DNA from: Basidioascus undulatus
Taxonomy: Eukaryota
Length of the DNA: 34,356 nucleotides
Direction of reading: 5' to 3'
NCBI GenBank assembly: GCA_000826855.1
Contig: JTLS01000078.1
Coordinates: 1-34,356 of the forward strand
This document shows, in pieces, positions 26,764-34,356 of this stretch (position 1 is the stretch's first letter; every line of letters begins with the position of its first letter). Position numbers and translations under genes: made by a program. The notes beneath the pieces are model-generated. The model saw only the letters and a program-made list of their open reading frames with translations. It had not been told where the DNA came from and ran no database searches.

Positions 26764-29700
26764 ATGAGCCAGCCGACACACAGGGTGCTGGCCCACGCGA
26801 GGCAGCAGCAGACCCCGTCGAGCTGCACAATGTTCCTCAGTCACCTCCATGGCGTCCTCAATTCCCTCTCCAACTCCCCATCCCCCCTCCCGCCCGCTCC
26901 CCAGCTCAAGCCCGGCACCCTCCCGCCCACGCCGCCCGTCGGGCCGTGGACGCTCGAACCCTGGGAAGGTCCTCAGAAGGTTCGTCCCGTATCCTCAACT
27001 CTTTGGCAACGGTTGCAGGAGCTGATGAAACGTTGATGGGTTGCTCGCTGTTCAGGATGAGCTTATGGGCGCTGTAAGTCGTCGAACTTTCTCGGAGAGA
27101 AAAGCGCGGGAGGAGATGGACTGTCCGCAGCAGTCGGAGCAATAGCGTTTATCCTTCCTGATCTCCCTCAGATCGAGGACTCCATCTCGCGCCTCGCCGA
27201 GCGGCTGCGCAAGGCCGAGTCCATCAGCGCTGCCTTCCTCGCTGCCCAGCCCCAGTCCCACTCGGGCGGGTCCACCCCGCACGTCAACACGACGGGCTCC
27301 CCGAGCACGTATCTTCCGCCCTCAGCCGTCATTGAGGCGGACGCGTACATGCAACCCACGCCCCTTCCCACGCCCCCTGCGATGCCTTCCTTCTCCCGCT
27401 CGTCGTCCCACGGCCAGTTCGTGCCCGGCCAGGACATGAGCATCCCCATGCCGAGCCCGTCCGCCATCTCGAGCAGCCTCACCGCCCACCCCGGCATCGG
27501 AAATGGCGGCAATGACCCATACGAGACGCCGCTCGACCCGAGCGAGGAGCTGCGGCTTCTCAAGGCTCAGGTTCAGGACGTCGCCAGGGTCTGCAAGGTG
27601 CGCTCGTGCGCCTCTGCTCGAATCCACACACATGCACTGATCCCGTGCTGGCTTCGGCGGAACAGGCTGTCGCCAACGGAGACCTGTCGCAGAAGATCGT
27701 CGTACCGGTACAAGGACACGTTATGGTTGAACTCAAGGACATCATCAACAGCATGGTCGACCGTCTCCGGACGTTCGCGACCGAGGTTACGCGCGTCTCG
27801 CTCGAGGTCGGCTCGCAGGGCAAGCTCGGCGGCCAGGCCGTCGTCGAGGGCGTCCAGGGTATGTGGCGTGAGCTCACCGACACCGTCAATAGCCTCGCGG
27901 CCAATCTTACGAACCAGGTCAGATCTATCGCGGAAGTCACAAAGGTCGTTTTCTTTCCACTGGGTGTGTTGCCGGGAGGAGCGCTGCGACAGATCGGCTC
28001 ACAAGTTGCCCTGGGGCTGGTAGGCGGTCGCCAAGGGCGACCTCACCAAGACGATCGAGGTCGAGGCGAACGGCGAAATACTGGAACTCAAGATGACAAT
28101 TAACGGAATGGTCGTACAAGTGCGTCCCCTGACGTTTCTGAGCTTCATCCGTCAGACGAATGCTGATCGCGCTACTTCGCAGCTCAATCACCTCGCAGCC
28201 GAAGTCACGCGCGTCTCTCTCGAAGTCGGTTCTCAAGGCAAGCTTGGCGGACAAGCGGAGGACAAGGACCTTGAGGGTGTATGGAAGGATCTCACTATCA
28301 ACGTACGTCTTCTTTTTCCTCCCCTACGCGGCCGATGTCCGAGGGAGGTGGTCTGAAATTCGGTCCTTTGCTCGGCAGGTCAACCGGATGTGCACGAACC
28401 TCACGAACCAAGTGCGATCGATCGGCTCGGTCACGACCGCTGTCGCGCGCGGCGACCTCAGCCAGACGATCAACATCGCGGCCGAGGGCGAGATGGCGCT
28501 GCTCAAGGACACCGTGAACGGCATGGTTGCGCAGCTGCGTATTTTCGCAAAGGAGATCAGTCGTGTTCGTCTCCTCCTTTTCTTCCGTACTGCTTCTCGC
28601 AGGCTCTGGCTCATGCGCGGGGGACAGGTGTCGCTCGAGGTCGGCACCCAGGGCAAGCTCGGCGGCCAGGCAGTCGTCGAGGGCGTCGAGGGCACGTGGG
28701 CCGAGCTCACGGACAATGTCAACAAGATGGCCGCCAACCTCACGTCCCAGGTCCGAGAGATCGCGCTCGTCACCAAGTCGGTCGCGCGCGGCGACCTCAC
28801 GAAGACGGTCGACGTCGACGTGCAAGGTGAAATTTTGGAACTCAAGCTTACGGTCAACAACATGGTGCGTTCCTTCGTTGCTGGAAAACCTAGTTTGGTA
28901 GCGGGGAAACTAACCCGGACGTGTAATCAGGTTGCGCAACTGAGGACTTTCGCGGCTGAGGTCGAGCGGTGCGTGGTGGTGCCGGAGGGGATCCATACCG
29001 TATGTGCTGACCATCTGGATCTGCATTGTGCAGTGTTGCTCGTGAGGTCGGTACCGACGGTAACCTCGGCGGACAAGCGGTCGTTCCGAACGTCGAGGGC
29101 ATTTGGCGGGTGCGTGTTGCATAAGCGCCCTTCAAGCTGACTGCGGCTGACCGGTGCTGTAACTGCCCCTTGCCCTGCAGCTGCTCACGCTCTCCGTCAA
29201 CCATATGGCGCTCAACCTTACCACTCAAGTGCGATCGATCGCCGAGGTCACGACTGCCGTCGCCAAGGGCGACTTGAGCAAGAAGATCGATGTCGACGTC
29301 AAGGGCGAGATCCTGGAGCTCAAGGTGCGTTTCCGTGTCTTTTGACTGGATCGACGGAAGAGTTGACCGTGTTGGATTTCTATAGCAAACTGTCAACGCC
29401 ATGGTGGACTCGCTGCGCACGTTCTCGGACGAGGTTACGAGGTGCGCAGCAGTCTAGCAGCTCGCTATATGATAGCTCGTGGGGTTGACGGGGACGCAAT
29501 TATAGGGTCGCTCGAGAGGTCGGAACGGACGGAAAGCTTGGAGGTCAGGCACGGGTCGAGGGGGTCGACGGCACTTGGAAGGTGAGGCTCGCCCACTTCG
29601 ATGCTTTGAAAGGTTCGCTGATCCATCGTCGTCGCGAACAGAACCTCACCGACTCCGTCAACACGATGGCGGCGAACCTCACGTTGCAAGTGCGAAGCAT

Positions 29701-32486
29701 CGCCGAGGCGACGGTGCGTATGCTTTTCTATCGTTCTGAGGAACTGCGGCTGAACTGAAGGCTTTCGAACAGAACGCTGTCGCTCGCGGTGACCTCACGC
29801 GCAAGGTGTCGATCCAGGCGTCGGGCGAGATCAACGACCTCGTGCAGACAATCAACTCCATGATCGACCGATTGGCCGTCTTCGCTACCGAGGTCACGCG
29901 CGTCGCGCGCGAGGTTGGCACGGAGGGCAAGCTCGGCGTGCAGGCGCAGGTCGACAACGTCGAAGGGACGTGGCAACACATCACGACTTCCGTCAACACG
30001 ATGGTGCGTTCCAGACCGCGAATCCGCATGCGAGGGGTTGTAGGCTGACGAAGCTTCCGGATCGCAGGCGAGCAACTTGACGTCTCAAGTCCGTGGCTTC
30101 GCGCAAATCTCGGCGGCCGCCGTCGGCGGCGACGTCACGCGCTTCATCACGGTCGAGGCATCCGGAGAGATGGATTCGCTCAAGACCAAGATCAACCAGA
30201 TGGTGTACAACCTACGCGAGAGCATTCAGCGAAATACGGCTGCGAGGGAGGCTGCGGAGTTGGTGCGTCGTTGCGAACTTTGTCCGTGGCCCGCGGTTGC
30301 AGGACTGACGGCGGCTGGACCTACAGGCCAACCGGTCGAAGTCCGAGTTCTTGGCCAACACATCGCACGAGATCCGGTGCGCACCATCGACTGATGCGTA
30401 TGCGTTGAGCGAGCTGCTCACGGATTTCGGCTTGCAGGACGCCCATGAACGGCATCATCGGTCTGACCGGCCTCACGCTCGAGACCGAGCTCACGCGGAC
30501 ACAGCGCGAGAACCTCATGATCGTCGCCAACCTCGCCTCCTCCCTTCTTGCGATCATCGACGACATCCTTGATATCTCGAAGAGTGAGTTGCGCGATTGT
30601 GCTGCTGTGTTCTCGAGCAGAGTTATCTGATTCGGTTCTGGCTATCTAGTCGAGGCCGGTCGCATGAGCGTCGAGTCTGTTCCGTACTCGCTGCGCAGCG
30701 TCATTTTCACCGTGCTCAAGACGCTCGCGACCAAGGCGACGCAGAACAAGCTCGACCTCATCTACGACATCGAGCCGCACATCCCCGACCAGGTCATCGG
30801 CGACCCGCTCCGTTTGAAGCAGATCATCACGAACCTGATCGGCAACGCCGTCAAGTTCACGCAGCAGGGCTACATCGCGCTCAGCGTCGAGATGGTCGAC
30901 ACGCCGCCGGACGCACAGCCCAACTCGATCATGCTCCAGTTCTGCGTCGCCGACACGGGTATCGGCATCGAGAGCGACAAGCTCGAGGTCATCTTCGAGA
31001 CGTTCGCGCAAGCGGATGGCTCGACCACCCGCAAGTACGGCGGTACCGGTCTCGGTCTTAGCATCTCCAAGGTGCATTTTGATTCGTCAACTTAACGTTG
31101 AGGCTGTCTGCTGACGTACGCGTTCTGCTGTCTTCAAGCGCCTCGTCAACCTCATGGGCGGCGAGATGTGGGTCGAGAGCAAGTACGACCAGGGCTCGCA
31201 GTTCTACTTCACCATCCTCCTCCAAGTCGAGCACCTCTCGATCGAGGCGATCCAGCAAAAGATGTCGCCCATTTCGAACCGCTGCCTGCTCTACGTCGAC
31301 TGCAACAAGGACAAGACCGGCGTGGAGTCCGTCTTCCACGAGCTCGGCGTGCACCTGCTCAAGGTCGACTCGGTCGAGGAGGCGAGCGTCCGCCATCCGA
31401 ACGCGCCCATCATCGACACGGTGGTCGTGGACTCGTTCCAAGTGGTGCGTTTGTGTTGTGCGGTCAGGTCTCAAGGAGTCGTTCGTTGACGTGCTGCTGC
31501 AGGCGGAGCGGTTGCGAGAAGTCGATCACCTCCGCTACATTCCTATCATCCTTTGCGCACCTGTGAGTATCCATACACAGTCCTCCCGTCTGCGACGCCA
31601 TAGCTTACAACGAGCTTTCCAGTTCATTCCTCGCCTCAACTGTGCGATCAGAGTTTGAAAGTTTGATCTAAGCAGCATGCTGACACTTAGCAATTTCACA
31701 GTGAAATGGTGCTTGGATATGGGCATCACGTCGTACGTTGCCACGCCGACGAACGTGCTCGACCTCGGCAACGCGCTCCTTGCCGCCCTCGAAACTCTCG
31801 CGTTCCAAACCGCGGATGGAGACCCTCGAGAACACTACGACGTCGTACGTGCCTTGCTTCAATTCCCGAAATCTCGCCACTGACGAATGACGCACGCGCA
31901 GCTTCTCGCCGAGGACAACATCGTCAACCAAAAGCTGGCAACGAAGTACCTCGAGCAAGCAGGGCACAAGGTGGAAATAGTTGGGAACGGCGCGCTCGCA
32001 GTGGAGGCGGTCAAGAAGCGCGCAGCGGCCGACCGGCCATACGACCTTATCCTCGTCCGTCGAGCCTTGCGGCGATGGTACATACACAACGCTGACCTTA
32101 AGTTCGCTATTTCAGATGGACGTTTCCATGCCTGTCATGGGCGGTATCGAGGCGACGACGGTCATCCGACAGCTCGAGGCGGACGAGGGCTACGACCGCA
32201 CGCCGATCATTGCTCTCACGGCGCATGCCATGATGGGCGACCGGGAGCGTTGTATCAACGCGGGCATGGTGCGTCAAGAGTGCAAATCTGCGTAGGGACC
32301 AGTCGCTGACGAACGGCGGGCGGGAAACAGGACGAATATGTTACGAAGCCGCTCAAGAAGTCGGACCTGTACGCACTACTCAGCCCATCTTAATCCAGGC
32401 ATGTCTAACCCGGGTCCGCCTGTAGAATTATGACCATTCACAAAGTCGTTCGAGACAAGATGTCCTCCTTGCCTTTGACCCACTGA
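26764..32486 (+). CDS. NIK1: Group III hybrid histidine kinase (NIK1/OS-1/Tco1-like): six full ~92-aa HAMP repeats plus a partial seventh, HisKA, HATPase, degenerate receiver, canonical receiver
   Basis: Repeats AVAxGDL...EVTRVxxEVGxxGKLGGQA...W..LT..VN.MA.NLT.QVR; H box [26 protein letters not shown] box [17 protein letters not shown]1 DTGIGI; F/G2 [22 protein letters not shown]; receiver [10 protein letters not shown]...[12 protein letters not shown]...IIALTAHAM...TKP. About 25 introns close in frame; stop 32484-32486. The start ATG (26764) is the least certain coordinate. Confidence 0.95.
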
Positions 32487-32910
32487 TACCGCTCATCCCT
32501 CACGTCGTGCGCCTCACCATTTATCCCACCGATCAAGTAGTCGACGCTGACAGACTATTCGCAGAACCTCGGATGCCATAATCATTTAGCCCTGCTGCCT
32601 ACTCCTCTTCCCTCATGACCGTCCAACATTCTCTGCTCTCACTCGCATCTCGCATTGTATTTCCCCTCACTCACTACATCGTACCTCTGCGCTCTCCTTT
32701 CTTGTTAATCCTTTATGCGGACTTCGCGATACCCCATGCCTATTAGCCCGCAACTTTTACCCTTCGTTAAATTTTTCCCTTTCCTTTGCAGCATGATCTT
32801 GCCTTAACGTACAGTCGACTGCTCGCCTATGTCCTTGCGTCTGACGCGCTTTGTCTTTGTATGCATGTCTCAGGCTTGATTCGCGTGTGTGGTACGAGCA
32901 AGTGTGCAGT

Positions 32911-33420
32911 TCATTGATTAACGTTCAACGTGCTGATCGAGATGATATCGACGCTTTTATGGGGTGTGCGTGTGGGTCGGCAGCGCCGTGGCGGACCGGC
33001 GAATAACGCAGGCCCAAAGAGCAGCCAACTCGGAGGGAGGTCACCTTGGAAACAGAACCATCTACAAAGTTCCAACCCTTCATATCCTGCTTGTAGAGAT
33101 AAATGAGCAAGTTCTTTTCTTGCCATAAAACACACATTTTCACGGAGCATTGCTGAAAGGACATGCACAACGGAACACTGTATCGGTCCATCGCCGTCAA
33201 GTCAAGGGTAAGCAAACACCGCCATCGGTAATGCTGAACTTGACGGGGCCGTTCGGCCAATTTTACTGACAAAGACGGAGGGCGAACCGTGAGCAGAATG
33301 CAGAGCGGAAACACTCAGTTGTAGACAGCCGGCTTGTTCGAGACGCACAATTTCGTCGGCCTGGGCAGTGGGGATGCCGATGAGAGCGGCCACGGCAGGG
33401 ATGAGGAGGTTGAGCTTCAT
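32911..33420 (-). pseudogene. Possible small secreted protein, apparently decayed
   Basis: ATG at 33420 gives the signal-peptide-like MKLNLLIPAVAALIGIPTAQA-DEI, followed by a GTGCGT donor. The phase-matched next exon reads *NWPNGPVKFSITDGGVCLPLT*...CACPF...*KCVFY, Cys-containing with in-frame stops. The 3' boundary is uncertain. Confidence 0.4.
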
Positions 33421-33572
33421 TTTGGTTAGGCGAAGTGTGTGGTAGATGCAATGCCAAACGGTGGGAGGACATCTTCACCTTTTCGCGTGCTGTGCGCGTC
33501 GACCACCCAAACTGCGCCGGCGCCCACCATCTCCCACTCCCCGCACTCCCATAAAAGCAAACCCAAACAAAT

Positions 33573-34260
33573 CTATACCCCCTCCCCCTCATTCTCCTCG
33601 GCCTTCCTAACAGCCCTCTCCTTAACCGTCTCCCCCGCCCCCACCTCCCTTTCCCCCTTTCCCCGCACCCCGCGGCCCCCACCTTCCAAATCCTCATACC
33701 ACTCACTCCCCAGCCCGGCACGCCTCCGGTCATCCACATTGAACGGGCCCCGGAGCTTGCCCGAGAAGTGCTTCCTTACCTCCGTGCGGAATGTCGACAC
33801 GGGGTCGAGGGGGGGCGTTGGGAGCGCGCAGAGGTGCGTTAGCCATCTGTGGCCGGCTGGGGAGGGCGTGGGAGTCAGTTCTTCTTGTTCCCGGATGATT
33901 TCGGGGGCTTTTGAGGGGAAACGCACCTGTAACGTGGGTTATCTCGTCACAATGAATGCTTTCCTGCCGAAAAAGCCTCTATTAGCCTCCCATCACTCCC
34001 CAATCGTTCCCCCAGTCGTTTCCCAGTCGTTTCCCAGTCGCCACGGAAGACACCGCCCGAAGACGCACCAGTACCTCCGTACTCTCCTTATCCCCGGCCT
34101 TGCGGAACTTTTCGATCGTCTGCGGGTTCACGTCGAGCCCGCGCGCCTCGTGCACGAGGTGGATGATGCTCAGCCGCGCGGCGAGACTGTGGCGCGTGTC
34201 CCACGCTGATTGCCAGAGGGCGCTGTGCACGGGGAGGGCACCGAAGTGGGAGCCGAGGTC
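33573..34260 (-). CDS. DUF455 ferritin-like (di-iron) family protein, 3' exons; 5' part lies outside the window
   Basis: DLGSHFGALPVHSALWQSA...ARLSIIHLVHEARGLDVNP...GDKESTEVL | ESIHCDEITHVT | AGHRWL...LRGPFNVDDRRRAGL; the EARGLD, DExxHV and PFN motifs are typical of DUF455. Stop at 33573. Confidence 0.85.
33998..34040 (+). repeat. Intronic minisatellite, about 4 copies of an 11-12 nt unit (CCCAGTCGTTT)
   Basis: ccccaatcgttcc cccagtcgttt cccagtcgttt cccagtcg, inside an intron of the DUF455 gene. Confidence 0.75.
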
Positions 34261-34356
34261 CTGTGCGGGGGGTTGCGTCAGTTCGGAGAGAGCCGGGGAA
34301 GGAGGGAGGAAAGACGGGGAGGAGAGGTGGGCGGGAGATGTGGGAATAAGCATCGC

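Noticed and set aside
27666..30200. Regularly recurring DNA motifs (GGCAAGCTCGGCGGCCAGGC etc.) resembling a repeat array or CRISPR
   Set aside because: They are the coding HAMP repeats of the kinase, degenerate at third codon positions.

Overview
Intron-rich eukaryotic DNA, almost certainly from a basidiomycete fungus: it has a fused spermidine synthase-saccharopine dehydrogenase gene, GTGCGT/GTACGT/GTGAGT donors, CTRAC branch points and 50-110 nt introns. The six-frame ORFs are only exon fragments, so I spliced the genes by hand. In order: (1) 5'-truncated Sec7+PH ARF-GEF (+); (2) BTB/POZ gene with a probable frameshift (-); (3) TBC Rab-GAP (+) that runs directly into (4) an orphan 3' fragment of proteasome beta2/PUP1; (5) a decayed block with a broken DUF6535-type gene; (6) intron-containing tRNA-Tyr(GTA); (7) proteasome alpha4/PRE6 (-); (8) SPE3-LYS9 fusion (-), head-to-head with (9) an intact class-III PLP aminotransferase (+); (10) a frameshifted ARN/SIT-type siderophore transporter relic; (11) an intact group III poly-HAMP hybrid histidine kinase (+); (12) a possible decayed small secreted protein (-); (13) the 3' part of a DUF455 ferritin-like gene (-). 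I see no CRISPR, transposase or prokaryote-type system, and no convincingly new system. The most notable anomalies are the TBC/PUP1 junction, the putative polyamine/amine/siderophore neighbourhood, a 5-nt microexon, an intron-split start codon and shared intron positions in adjacent HAMP repeats. All family calls are motif recognition from memory; no searches were run.
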